Positions 1 to 8,989 are shown, numbered from the stretch's first letter. The stretch is DNA of 27,621 nucleotides from an uncultured delta proteobacterium (GCA_963712115.1 CAVQGX010000049.1:1-27621); one strand, 5' to 3'. The notes: a model not told the origin generated them from the letters alone. Numbers and translations are program-made.

Positions 1-5
1 GATGC

Positions 6-201
6 TAACCCTAATGTTGCATACCTACACCAGTAAAAATCGCTGCGCTCGCGCGATAGCACGTAATCTGCGGCTGTGCTCGCCTCGGACAGGACTTCAC
101 GTACGGTCAAGTACGCCTCGACCTGTCCGAGCCTGTGCGCAGCCACATCTGACGCACTCTTGCGCGTTTTTCCTCGCCATAGGTATGCAACATTAGGGTT
201 A
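6..201. mobile_element. MITE-like non-autonomous element (~196 bp) with perfect 22-bp terminal inverted repeats
   Basis: TAACCCTAATGTTGCATACCTA (6-27) is the exact reverse complement of TAGGTATGCAACATTAGGGTTA (180-201). The terminal TA could be a target duplication. There is an internal stem (CTCGGACAGG...CCTGTCCGAG) and no credible ORF. Confidence 0.75.
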
Positions 202-202
202 A

Positions 203-324
203 GTTATACGTTATTAGTTATTGGTTATTAGTGTCAAGATCAAGAGAGTAAGGATTATGTCTTACTAATGAAGATACAGCTGGTTGATGTTTTTTCCAAT
301 AACGAATAACAAATAACGAGTAAC
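203..324. repeat. Inverted pair of 7-bp tandem arrays (GTTATTR / NAATAAC)
   Basis: gttatac gttatta gttattg gttatta (203-230) versus caataac gaataac aaataac gagtaac (297-324). Confidence 0.9.
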
Positions 325-340
325 AGCTAAACGACCCTAG

Positions 341-414
341 TGGCTGGGGGAGGAGGATTCGAACCCCCGTAGCATGATCCAGAGTCATGCGTCCTACCGC
401 TAGACGATCCCCCA
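341..414 (-). tRNA. tRNA-Gln (anticodon CTG)
   Basis: Reverse complement folds as a cloverleaf: acceptor TGGGGGA/TCCCCCA, anticodon arm CATGA-CTCTGGA-TCATG, T-loop GGTTCGAATCC, encoded CCA. Confidence 0.97.
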
Positions 415-425
415 ACGAGCATTGA

Positions 426-454
426 AAATTAGACCATAGGTTCACGAAAGTCAA
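426..454 (-). promoter_or_regulatory. Putative sigma70 promoter of tRNA-Gln
   Basis: TTGACT-N17-TAATTT on the minus strand, ending 11 bp before the tRNA 5' end. Confidence 0.55.
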
Positions 455-463
455 GAGCAAAGT

Positions 464-632
464 CGCAGAGCGCATAGCGCTAAGCGCAGAGCGTGTATGG
501 ATGTATCCAAAAATTAGTGCAATGAACATGTTGGTGTGAAATATGCAACCTGCAAGCGAGGGCTAAAAGACTTGCCAAGAGTTCGATGCAGCTACCAAAA
601 GGGTAAGACGCTATGCGCTCTGCGCTTTGCGC
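464..632. repeat. Inverted pair of 7-bp tandem arrays (CGCAKAG / CGCTHTG)
   Basis: cgcagag cgcatag cgctaag cgcagag cg (464-493) versus cgctatg cgctctg cgctttg cgc (609-632), located between two divergent promoters. Confidence 0.9.
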
Positions 633-647
633 ATAACGACAAAATGC

Positions 648-675
648 TTGACAAACCAAAGGCTTCTTTTATACT
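648..675 (+). promoter_or_regulatory. Putative sigma70 promoter of the yceD-rpmF operon
   Basis: TTGACA-N16-TATACT, near consensus. Confidence 0.7.
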
Positions 676-721
676 TACCTCTTCAATCTTTACAGGATTA
701 TAATGCAAGGAATGGTGATCT

Positions 722-1252
722 TTGAAAGTCACGGTGGATGAGCTTCCAGATATAGGTAGGGTGATTCATTTTCACAAGACTGACTCTTGGTTAGCTTCCA
801 TGACAGAAGATGCGCGTGAGATCACCCTGGCAAGGCCGGTCGAGGTTGACTTGGAAGTCATCCCAGAAGCGGATCGCATTAAGCTAAGGGGTCATCTGCA
901 AGGAGCGTTGCAGGTTGCTTGCAGCAGATGTCTGCAGGATTTCGTCTTGGACCTGGATGAAACCATAGATTTAACCCTTCTGCGACCTCTGTCGGCCGAT
1001 GCGCCCAACGATATAGATCTGCGGCCAGAGGACTTGGACACGGAATTTTTCGATGGCGTAACAATCGATGTGGACCTCATCGTGGCGGAGCAAATCTTCC
1101 TGGCGTTGCCGCAAAAGCCGCTATGTCAACCGGACTGCGGAGGGCTTTGTTCCGGCTGTGGGGCGGAGCTGAACCGAGAAGCGTGTCAATGCGAAAAGAT
1201 TGATAGAGTTTCTGTCTTCGATGCCCTTCGATCTGTGAAGATTGACAGATAA
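722..1252 (+). CDS. yceD: DUF177/YceD family protein
   Basis: CSRCL and LCQPDCGGLCSGCG..LN..CQC motifs; lies directly upstream of rpmF. Confidence 0.92.
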   Translation: MKVTVDELPDIGRVIHFHKTDSWLASMTEDAREITLARPVEVDLEVIPEADRIKLRGHLQGALQVACSRCLQDFVLDLDETIDLTLLRPLSADAPNDIDLRPEDLDTEFFDGVTIDVDLIVAEQIFLALPQKPLCQPDCGGLCSGCGAELNREACQCEKIDRVSVFDALRSVKIDR

Positions 1253-1303
1253 GTATTCTCTGACCAGGTCGAACCGGCCTTTACATGAAAAGGAGCGTTT
1301 CTG

Positions 1304-1486
1304 ATGGCTCTTCCTAAGAGACGTCACTCAAAGAGTAGAACAAGAAAAAAGCGAACACACTACAAACTCGAGCAACCCACGCTCTCCCTTTGTTCTCAGT
1401 GCAATGAACCAAAATTGCCGCACCATGCATGTGCAAGCTGTGGAACCTATAAGGGAAGAGAAGTCATTAAAACAGAGGAAGTTTAG
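1304..1486 (+). CDS. rpmF: 50S ribosomal protein L32 (Zn-ribbon type)
   Basis: MALPKRRHSKSR...CSQC...PHHACASCGTYKGREV; AGGAG RBS. Confidence 0.97.
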   Translation: MALPKRRHSKSRTRKKRTHYKLEQPTLSLCSQCNEPKLPHHACASCGTYKGREVIKTEEV

Positions 1487-1501
1487 AGGGCCAAGGGTAT
1501 T

Positions 1502-1530
1502 CGGAGGTAAACTGCCGCCGTTTATTTTTT
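1502..1530 (+). terminator. Possible intrinsic terminator after rpmF
   Basis: Imperfect stem CGGAGGTA/TGCCGCCG followed by TTTATTTTTT. Confidence 0.45.
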
Positions 1531-1541
1531 GCTTGAGATGC

Positions 1542-1560
1542 GGACCGGACGGTCCGGTCC
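1542..1560. promoter_or_regulatory. Perfect palindrome upstream of fabH, operator-like
   Basis: GGACCGGAC-G-GTCCGGTCC (9-bp arms, 1-bp centre). Confidence 0.4.
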
Positions 1561-1612
1561 TAAATGATTCAAATATTAGTGTGGACCGCTTGCAACCATA
1601 AAAGGGGGTATC

Positions 1613-2596
1613 GTGAACCGCACGGTCATTTTAGGAACAGGCGCAGCTGCACCCAAAAAGGTTGTCACCAACCAAGACCTGGAGTCTATTGTTGAAACCT
1701 CAGATGAATGGATCGCCACTCGAACCGGTATCAAGAGTCGCCACATTGCAGAGGACGGTGAGACCACGTCTACATTGGCCACAGAAGCAGCCCGCAGGTC
1801 GTTGGAAATGGCAGGGGTTAAACCGGAGGAGATAGATATGATCGTGGTGGGCACAACCTCTCCGGATATGATCATGCCTAATACTGGTGCACTGGTGCAA
1901 AAAAATCTTGGCGCCTCCAGAGCCTTTGCCTTTGACGTCTATGCGGCCTGCAGCGGTTTTGTTTACGCTTTAACCGTAGCAGACAAATTCATAAAGGAGA
2001 GCCCGGGAAAAAAGGCACTGGCTATCGGGTCGGAACTCCTTTCCAGCATAACAGATTGGCAGGATCGTAATACCTGCGTGCTTTTTGGAGATGCGGCAGG
2101 GGCTGTCTTGCTCAGCGGCAGTTCCGACGGCGACCGGGGCATCCTTTCCACTCACTTGCACTCGGACGGTCGTCTCTGGGAGTTGCTTTACATCCCAGGC
2201 GGGGGATGTGTTTATCCACCCAGTGCCGAAATGGCAGAAAAACGAGACTACTGTATCCGCATGCACGGCAACGAGGTTTTCAAGCATGCCGTCCGATCCA
2301 TGGCTGACGTGGCCCGGGAGGCTATGAGAGCAAATGACTTGAAGCCAGAGGATGTAGATCTGTTTATCCCACACCAGGCCAACATTCGTATAATGAATGC
2401 CGTGGCGGAAAGGTTAAAGATTTCGCCCGACCGGGTCTACATGAACATCGAACGTTATGGCAATACCTCATCTGCCAGTATTCCGGTGGCCCTTGATGAG
2501 GCCAATAGATCGGGCCGCCTCAAGCGGGGAGATCTGGTCCTCCTGGATGCTTTTGGTGGAGGATTCACCTGGGGAGCAGTAATGATCCGTTGGTAG
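1613..2596 (+). CDS. fabH: 3-oxoacyl-ACP synthase III
   Basis: TSDEWIATRTGI, catalytic Cys in AACSG, PHQANIRI, GNTSSASIP, FGGGFTWG. Confidence 0.96.
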   Translation: MNRTVILGTGAAAPKKVVTNQDLESIVETSDEWIATRTGIKSRHIAEDGETTSTLATEAARRSLEMAGVKPEEIDMIVVGTTSPDMIMPNTGALVQKNLGASRAFAFDVYAACSGFVYALTVADKFIKESPGKKALAIGSELLSSITDWQDRNTCVLFGDAAGAVLLSGSSDGDRGILSTHLHSDGRLWELLYIPGGGCVYPPSAEMAEKRDYCIRMHGNEVFKHAVRSMADVAREAMRANDLKPEDVDLFIPHQANIRIMNAVAERLKISPDRVYMNIERYGNTSSASIPVALDEANRSGRLKRGDLVLLDAFGGGFTWGAVMIRW

Positions 2597-2637
2597 AAAA
2601 TCTGGAGAGTTGAGCTATGGAGTAGAGGAGGCATTAA

Positions 2638-3807
2638 GTGGACTATTTCTTGACTGAAGAACAGCAGATGATCAAAGAGATTGCAGCCAAAATTGCTACC
2701 GAGAAGGTTCGCCCGGTTCGCGCTGAACTGGACGAGAGCGAAGAGTTTCCATGGGATCTCATGAAGATTATGGCGCAGTCGGATCTCTTCGGGGTCTACC
2801 TGCCGGAAGAGTACGGGGGCTTAGGCGGAGGAGTGTTGGAAAACTGCTTGGCCATTGAAGAACTTGGCCGGGCTTGCATCGGCGTTGCCACTACTTATGC
2901 AGCCAGTGGTCTGGGAGCTTATCCCATACTGCTTCACGGCAGTGAAGAGCAAAAACAAAAGTACCTGCCGGTAATTGCCAGCGGTGAAAAGCTTGCGGCC
3001 TTTGCAGTAACCGAGTCCGGCGCTGGAAGTGACGCAGGGGGTATCCAGACAACTGCTAAACGGGAAGGAGATTTTTACCTACTAAATGGCACCAAACAGT
3101 GGATTACAAACGGCGGTGAGGCTGAGATCTATACTGTTGTCGCCATTACCGACAGGGCCAAAGGGGCCAGGGGTGCAAGCGCCTTTATCGTTGAAAAGGG
3201 GGATCCAGGTTTTTCCTTTGGCAAGAAGGAAAAAAAGATGGGTATCTGCACCTCCGCTACTCGGGAGCTTCTTTTCAATGATTGCAAAATCCCAGCGGAT
3301 CGGTTGATCAGTCGCGAGGGCACGGGATTTATTGTTACCATGAAAACCTTTGACGTGTCGCGGCCGGGGATAGGCGCCTTGGCAGTGGGTCTGAGTCAGG
3401 GGGCACTGGACATTTCTGCGGAATATGCCCGCAAGCGTGTACAGTTCGGCAAGCCCATTATTTCCTTTCAGGCCATCCAGCATATGCTTGCTGATATGGC
3501 CACTGAAACAGAGGCCGCCCGGGCCCTGGTCTATGCCACAGCAAAATACATAGACAGTGGCGCCAAGGACATTTCCAAGTTGTCAGCTATGTCCAAACTC
3601 TTTTCAACCGATGTTGCCATGCGCGTAACCACCAACGCCGTACAAGTCCTTGGAGGTTACGGATATATGCGGGATTACCCGGTGGAAAAGATGATGCGCG
3701 ATGCCAAAATACTGCAGATCTATGAAGGCACGAACCAGATTCAGCGTAACATCATCGGCCAGGAATTGAACAAGGAATACGGAAGGATCAAAGAAACTTT
3801 CTTTTGA
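2638..3807 (+). CDS. Acyl-CoA dehydrogenase (short-chain/Bcd/CarC-like)
   Basis: [38 protein letters not shown], catalytic Glu in [10 protein letters not shown]. Confidence 0.95.
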   Translation: MDYFLTEEQQMIKEIAAKIATEKVRPVRAELDESEEFPWDLMKIMAQSDLFGVYLPEEYGGLGGGVLENCLAIEELGRACIGVATTYAASGLGAYPILLHGSEEQKQKYLPVIASGEKLAAFAVTESGAGSDAGGIQTTAKREGDFYLLNGTKQWITNGGEAEIYTVVAITDRAKGARGASAFIVEKGDPGFSFGKKEKKMGICTSATRELLFNDCKIPADRLISREGTGFIVTMKTFDVSRPGIGALAVGLSQGALDISAEYARKRVQFGKPIISFQAIQHMLADMATETEAARALVYATAKYIDSGAKDISKLSAMSKLFSTDVAMRVTTNAVQVLGGYGYMRDYPVEKMMRDAKILQIYEGTNQIQRNIIGQELNKEYGRIKETFF

Positions 3808-3929
3808 TTTCACATTTCGCATTTGGCATTTCTCATTTATTCATTTTGGGAAAGACATTTTTGGCCTGTTCTCAAAATTGCGATGACAAATGAGCAATGA
3901 GAAATGAGAAATGATCAATGACAAATGGA
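3807..3929. repeat. Inverted pair of 7-bp tandem arrays (ATTTCNC / MAATGAN)
   Basis: atttcac atttcgc atttggc atttctc atttattc (3807-3842) versus cgatgac aaatgag caatgag aaatgag aaatgat caatgac aaatgga (3881-3929). Confidence 0.92.
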
Positions 3930-3938
3930 GCGAAGCGC

Positions 3939-4730
3939 ATGCACGTGGTTGTTTGTATTAAGCAGGTTCCGGATGCAAAGAACGTCCGCATCGACCCTGA
4001 GACCTGCACCTTGGTCCGGCAGGGTGTAGAGAGCATAGTCAATCCCCATGACTGGTACGCGGTGGAAGCCGCTTTGCGCTTCCGAGACGAATACGGAGGC
4101 AAAGTAACAGCTTTGACCATGGGTCCGCCGCAAGCCGAGGAGGCGCTTAGAGAAACCCTTGCCTTGGGAGTGGACGAGGCTGTGCTCTTGAGTGACCGGG
4201 CCTTTGCAGGTGCGGATACCTGGGCCACTTCGCTCACTTTGGCGCGAGCCATTGAAAAGCTAGGACCAGTTGAGTTGGTAATTTGCGGCAAGCAGGCTAT
4301 TGATGGGGACACTGCTCAAGTGGGTCCCGGGCTGGCAGCGCATCTGGATCGACCCTATACCACTTATGCTCGACGGCTGGAGTTGCTCAATGGAAGCCAA
4401 TTGCGGGCTGAGCGCGTCACAGATTTCGGTTACGAGATCGTACAAATGGAACTGCCTGCGGTTGTTACAGTAGTTCGGGAAATTGGTGATCCAAGGATGC
4501 CCGGACTCAAACACAAGATGAAAGCCAAGAAAAAAGAAATTCCGATCTTGGGTGCGGCTGAGTTGAAGCTAAATCCTGAAGAGGTGGGTTTGCAAGGCTC
4601 TTACACCCAAGTAGTAAAGGTATTCAGTCCGCCACCACGTTGTGACCGGGAGATGATCAACGGGGATGCGGAGGAGCAGGCAGAAAAACTTCTCAAACTA
4701 TTACAAGAGGCAAAGGTACCTGGGCTATGA
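3939..4730 (+). CDS. etfB: Electron transfer flavoprotein beta subunit
   Basis: VVCIKQVPD, NPHD, DRAFAGADTWATS, GKQAIDGDTAQVGP. Start moved to ATG 3939 (GGAG upstream; the ORF-track start lies in the repeat). Confidence 0.95.
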   Translation: MHVVVCIKQVPDAKNVRIDPETCTLVRQGVESIVNPHDWYAVEAALRFRDEYGGKVTALTMGPPQAEEALRETLALGVDEAVLLSDRAFAGADTWATSLTLARAIEKLGPVELVICGKQAIDGDTAQVGPGLAAHLDRPYTTYARRLELLNGSQLRAERVTDFGYEIVQMELPAVVTVVREIGDPRMPGLKHKMKAKKKEIPILGAAELKLNPEEVGLQGSYTQVVKVFSPPPRCDREMINGDAEEQAEKLLKLLQEAKVPGL

Positions 4731-5917
4731 AGGCCATAATTGACGGAGAAAAATGTGTAGCATGTGGCGAGTGCCTGGAAGTCTGCCCTGTGGATTCCAT
4801 TGACCTAGTAGATGACGTGGCCCAGGTGGATGATAATTGCACTCTATGTGGACTGTGCGTTGATGTTTGTGACTATGAGGCCATTGGCTTGCCAGAAGTG
4901 CAGACCGTTGAGACAGTCGATTTGGAGTCATACAAGGGTGTCTGGGTTGTTGCCGAGCACCACGATGGTGCAATACATTCTGTTTCATTCGAGTTGCTGG
5001 GCGCGGGGAGAAAGTTGGCCGATAAACTGAAGGTGGAGTTGTCTGCTGTATTGATAGGTGATCAACTGCAGGAAGGGGCCAAGAACCTAATCGGCTACGG
5101 TGCAGATCGAGTGTATTTGGCGGAACATCCGGCTCTCGTTCCTTTCAATGACGAGTCCCACGCCAATGTTCTCACTGAACTCGTCAAGGAGAAAAAACCG
5201 GAGATCCTGCTGGCGGGAGCAACCGCCATGGGTCGTTCTTTTATTCCCCGGGTGGCAGTTGCAGTGGAAACTGGTTTAACTGCTGATTGTACCGGACTGG
5301 ACATTGGTGATGATGGTCTCCTCTATCAGACCCGCCCCGCCTTTGGCGGCAATGTTATGGCTACCATTATCTGTCCGCGTCGGCGCCCGCAAATGGCAAC
5401 GGTCCGACCTATGGTAATGAAGAAGCCTGACTTCGACAAGGAGCGTCAAGGGGGGGTGGAATCTTTTACTCCTAGCCCAAAGGCTGTTACTTCGAGGGTA
5501 AAGGTCTTAGAGACGGTTACCCAAGATCAGGAAACAGTGCGTATAACTGAGGCTGATGTTGTTGTCACCGGTGGCCGCGGCTTGCAAAAAGCGGAAAATT
5601 TCAAAATTCTAGAGGAGGTAGCTCTCCTCCTCGACGGCGCAGTCGGAGCTACCCGCAGTGTGGTGGATGAGGGATGGATGCCCTACAGCCACCAGGTGGG
5701 GCAGACTGGCAAGACGGTATCTCCTAAACTCTACATCGCATGTGGTGTTTCGGGAGCTATTCAGCATGTTGTCGGGATGCAGGGTTCTGAGATTATTGTG
5801 GCGGTGAACAAGGACCCGAGTGCACCTATTTTTGACGTGGTTAATTATGGGGTTGTGGCGGATCTCTTTGACTTTCTGCCGGCACTGGCGAAGAAAATAA
5901 AAGAGCAGCGAAGCTAG
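4727..5917 (+). CDS. etfA: ETF alpha subunit with N-terminal 2[4Fe-4S] ferredoxin domain
   Basis: CVACGECLEVCP and CTLCGLCVDVC at the N-terminus; GLTADCT, RPAFGGN, QVGQTGKTV, GVSGAIQH; ATGA overlap with etfB. Confidence 0.95.
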   Translation: MKAIIDGEKCVACGECLEVCPVDSIDLVDDVAQVDDNCTLCGLCVDVCDYEAIGLPEVQTVETVDLESYKGVWVVAEHHDGAIHSVSFELLGAGRKLADKLKVELSAVLIGDQLQEGAKNLIGYGADRVYLAEHPALVPFNDESHANVLTELVKEKKPEILLAGATAMGRSFIPRVAVAVETGLTADCTGLDIGDDGLLYQTRPAFGGNVMATIICPRRRPQMATVRPMVMKKPDFDKERQGGVESFTPSPKAVTSRVKVLETVTQDQETVRITEADVVVTGGRGLQKAENFKILEEVALLLDGAVGATRSVVDEGWMPYSHQVGQTGKTVSPKLYIACGVSGAIQHVVGMQGSEIIVAVNKDPSAPIFDVVNYGVVADLFDFLPALAKKIKEQRS

Positions 5918-5920
5918 TGA

Positions 5921-5997
5921 GTTCCAAGTTCCATGTTCAAAGTTTAAGGTTTAATGCCCTTTTCTTAACTTGGAACTTGAGACTTTGAACATTGAAC
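5921..5997. repeat. Inverted pair of 7-bp tandem arrays (GTTYMAD / WTKGAAC)
   Basis: gttccaa gttccat gttcaaa gtttaag gtttaat (5921-5955) versus ttaac ttggaac ttgagac tttgaac attgaac (5965-5997). Confidence 0.9.
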
Positions 5998-6019
5998 TTC
6001 AAAGCTGCGGGGAGGAGTT

Positions 6020-6772
6020 ATGGCAGAAAACAGCAAGAAAGTTGCGGTGGTTACTGGAGGTTCTCGAGGCATCGGTAGGGCGATTATCATGGCTCTTGCT
6101 GAGCCTAACTTGACAGTTGTTTTTAATCATTTTGATCCTCCCGAGGATGCGGCAGCTGATGAGACCATCAAGATGGCCAGTGAAAAAGGGTCTGAGATCG
6201 AGGGGGTGCGGCTGGACGTCTCGAACCATCAGGCGGTGCAGGAGTTTATCAATGGTGTAGTGGAGCGGCATGGAAGGATTGACATCCTGGTTAACAATGC
6301 CGGCATCACCAGGGACACTTTGCTGCTGCGGATGAAAGAGGCTGATTGGGATGCGGTGTTGGCAGTGAATCTCAAATCTGTTTTCAATTGCACCCAAGCG
6401 GCCGTCCGGTTCATGACCAAACAACGCTACGGACGGGTAGTCAATATAGCTTCGGTGGTGGGGGCCATGGGTAACGCGGGTCAGGCGAACTACGCCGCCT
6501 CCAAAGCAGGTATTATGGGGTTTACCAAATCTGTGGCCCGAGAGGTGGCGAGCAGGAATGTTACAGTCAATGCAGTGGCTCCCGGGTTTATAGAAACTGA
6601 AATGACGGCCAAGCTCTCCGACAAGGTCAAGGAGGCATTTTTGCTCCAGATTCCCCTGGGCCGGGCAGGGCGGCCCGAGGATGTCGCCCAGTTGGTGAAA
6701 TTTCTGGTTTCAGATGACGCTTCGTACATCACCGGTCAAATTATTCACCTAAACGGCGGGATGTATATGTAG
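6020..6772 (+). CDS. fabG: 3-oxoacyl-ACP reductase
   Basis: TGGSRGIG, NNAGITRD, GQANYAASK, VAPGFIET, NGGMYM. Confidence 0.95.
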   Translation: MAENSKKVAVVTGGSRGIGRAIIMALAEPNLTVVFNHFDPPEDAAADETIKMASEKGSEIEGVRLDVSNHQAVQEFINGVVERHGRIDILVNNAGITRDTLLLRMKEADWDAVLAVNLKSVFNCTQAAVRFMTKQRYGRVVNIASVVGAMGNAGQANYAASKAGIMGFTKSVAREVASRNVTVNAVAPGFIETEMTAKLSDKVKEAFLLQIPLGRAGRPEDVAQLVKFLVSDDASYITGQIIHLNGGMYM

Positions 6773-6865
6773 CAGGCACAAGGCACAGGGTGCACGGCAC
6801 AGGGAAAATGATTGATTGCAGGATCATTGAAAGACCTGCGCCTTATGCCTTGCGCCGTAAGCCTG
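6773..6865. repeat. Inverted pair of 7-bp tandem arrays (AAGGCAC / CCTTGCG)
   Basis: caggcac aaggcac agggtgc acggcac aggg (6773-6804) versus cctgcg ccttatg ccttgcg ccgtaag cctg (6835-6865). Confidence 0.88.
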
Positions 6866-6917
6866 AGAAGAAGGTTTTACAGCAATTTACTGCAAAACTG
6901 TAATTGAGGATTAGGCG

Positions 6918-8159
6918 ATGAAGAGAAGGGTTGTTGTTACTGGGTTTGGGTTGGTCACGCCACTAGGAATCGGAGTGGAGGAGAATTGGTCGGCGTTAGT
7001 GGCAGGCAAGTCGGGAATTGGTCCGATCACCAAGTTCGATGCCAGCGATATGGCTACCAAGATTGCCGGGGAAGTCAAGGATTTCCAGGCGGAGGATTAT
7101 GTCTCCCGCAAGGATGTCAGGCGGATGGATATTTTCACCCAGTACGCCCTGGCAGCGAGCCGCATAGCTGTGGAGGATTCGAAGCTGAACATTAATGGCA
7201 ACAATGCCGATAGAGTGGGAGTTGTTATAGGGTGCGGTCTTGGTGGTCTGAATACGATTGAAAAATTTCACCGTGTTTTGCTGGAGCAAGGACCAAAGAA
7301 AGTAAGCCCTTTCTTTATTCCCATGCTCATTGCCAACATGGCTCCCGGTCAAATCTCCATCGCTTTTGGAGCCAAGGGTCCTAACGTCGCTATCGAAACG
7401 GCCTGTGCTGCCGGCACCCACGCGGTGGGCGACGCTTTTAAACATATTCAACGCGGTATTGCTGATGTGATGATTGCCGGAGGGGTGGAGTCCACTATCA
7501 CGCCTCTGGCTATAAGTGGGTTCAATGCAATGCGAGCCCTTTCAACCCGAAATGATGATCCGCAGAAGGCTTCTCGTCCTTTCGAGCGAGATAGGGACGG
7601 TTTTGTCATGGCCGAGGGTAGCGGCATCGTAATTTTGGAAGCCCTTGACTACGCCCTAGAGCGCGGAGCCCCCATCCATGGAGAGCTAATTGGCTATGGT
7701 CTCACTGGAGATGCCTTCCACATATCGGCTCCGGCTCCGGAAGGTGAGGGAATGGCGCGGTGCATGCAGATGGCCCTGGATGATGCTGGTGTTACTCCGG
7801 AAGAGGTGGACTACATAAATGCACACGGCACCTCCACGGATCTGAATGACAGTTTCGAGACTCGGGCGATAAAAACAGTTTTTGGAGAACACAGTTACAA
7901 GTTGGCTGTTAGCTCTACCAAGTCCATGACTGGACACCTTTTGGGAGGGGCCGGGGGTGTCGAGAGTGTGTTTACAGTGCTCACCATAAAACGTGGAATC
8001 ATTCCTCCCACCATCAATTATGAAAACCAGGATCCCGAGTGCGATCTAGACTACGTTCCCAATGTGGCCCGGGAGGGGAAAGTGAAAACAGCTCTATCCA
8101 ATTCCTTCGGTTTCGGCGGAACCAACGCGGCACTGTTGTTCCGCCAATACGAATCTTGA
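6918..8159 (+). CDS. fabF: 3-oxoacyl-ACP synthase II
   Basis: RRVVVTG, TACAAG (Cys), NAHGTST and GHLLG (His-His), [10 protein letters not shown]. Confidence 0.96.
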   Translation: MKRRVVVTGFGLVTPLGIGVEENWSALVAGKSGIGPITKFDASDMATKIAGEVKDFQAEDYVSRKDVRRMDIFTQYALAASRIAVEDSKLNINGNNADRVGVVIGCGLGGLNTIEKFHRVLLEQGPKKVSPFFIPMLIANMAPGQISIAFGAKGPNVAIETACAAGTHAVGDAFKHIQRGIADVMIAGGVESTITPLAISGFNAMRALSTRNDDPQKASRPFERDRDGFVMAEGSGIVILEALDYALERGAPIHGELIGYGLTGDAFHISAPAPEGEGMARCMQMALDDAGVTPEEVDYINAHGTSTDLNDSFETRAIKTVFGEHSYKLAVSSTKSMTGHLLGGAGGVESVFTVLTIKRGIIPPTINYENQDPECDLDYVPNVAREGKVKTALSNSFGFGGTNAALLFRQYES

Positions 8160-8177
8160 TAATCGGGAGATTTGAGG

Positions 8178-8609
8178 ATGAAAGTCATTATTGGATGTGA
8201 TCATGCAGGGTTCGCCCTAAAAACCCAGGTAAAAGGTTTGCTTGAAAACATGGGGCATACCGTCGAAGATGCGGGTTGCCAAAGTGAGGACTCTGTTGAT
8301 TATCCTGTCTACGGTAAGGCGGTGGCCAACGGGGTTGCCAAGGGCCAGTTCGCCAAAGGTATACTTATCTGCGGCTCCGGTCTGGGCATGTCTATGATTG
8401 CCAATCGTTTCCCCGGCGTGCGTGCAGCTCTTTGTAACGATCTTTATAGCGCTGTCTTGAGTCGACGACACAATGACGCTAATCTTTTAGTGATGGGGGG
8501 AAGGCTAATCGGCAGTGATTTGGCTGAAGAGATTGTCAGAACTTGGCTGACCACCGAGTTTGATGGCGGGCGCCACGAACGCAGGATAGGTCAACTGGAC
8601 GAAATTTGA
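8178..8609 (+). CDS. rpiB: Ribose-5-phosphate isomerase B
   Basis: GCDHAG, SVDYP, CGSGLG, HNDAN, GGRHERR. ATG 8178 preferred (GGGAG upstream). Confidence 0.95.
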   Translation: MKVIIGCDHAGFALKTQVKGLLENMGHTVEDAGCQSEDSVDYPVYGKAVANGVAKGQFAKGILICGSGLGMSMIANRFPGVRAALCNDLYSAVLSRRHNDANLLVMGGRLIGSDLAEEIVRTWLTTEFDGGRHERRIGQLDEI

Positions 8610-8684
8610 TCATTGCACCTTTACCGTTTCTTTAGCTCCGCTCAGTCCGAGCCAGCAGGTCCCCAATTTCTCATCTGTCTTTTC

Positions 8685-8853
8685 TTAATTAGTGCTCATC
8701 CTAAAACGAGATTTTTCGGACTCGCGCCATCAGCGATCAGCCTTCAGCTTTCAGCGAAATACACATAAATGCTAAAAACTAAGCTGAATGCTCACTGCTG
8801 AACGCTGACAGCTCCAGCCGGAAATCTATGGTTTCCGGATGGATACTAATTAA
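8685..8853. mobile_element. MITE-like element with imperfect 23-bp terminal IRs enclosing an inverted 7-bp array
   Basis: TTAATTAGTGCTCATCCTAAAAC (8685-8707) matches the reverse complement of GTTTCCGGATGGATACTAATTAA (8831-8853) at 18/23 positions; there is a further inner IR ATTTTTCGG/CCGGAAAT. Confidence 0.6.
8728..8813. repeat. Inverted pair of 7-bp tandem arrays (NWTCAGC / GCTGANN)
   Basis: catcagc gatcagc cttcagc tttcagc (8728-8755) versus gctgaat gctcact gctgaac gctgaca gct (8783-8813). Confidence 0.92.
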
Positions 8854-8989
8854 CACTTCCCATTTTGCATTTATCATTATACATTGCGAAATTCTTGTTT
8901 ATTTTCTATCTCACCAATGAAAAAATGGACAGATGAAAAAGGTGAAATAGTGCTGGTAAATAACTATTGCGTCTACAATGAGGCCTAAG

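Noticed and set aside
2-529. ORFs 2-196 and 218-529
   Set aside because: They run through the MITE, repeat arrays and tRNA-Gln, with no protein-like features.
6773-6917. Small acpP gene missed by the ORF track
   Set aside because: The gap is only 145 bp and no DSL phosphopantetheine motif was seen; none was seen in 8610-8989 either.
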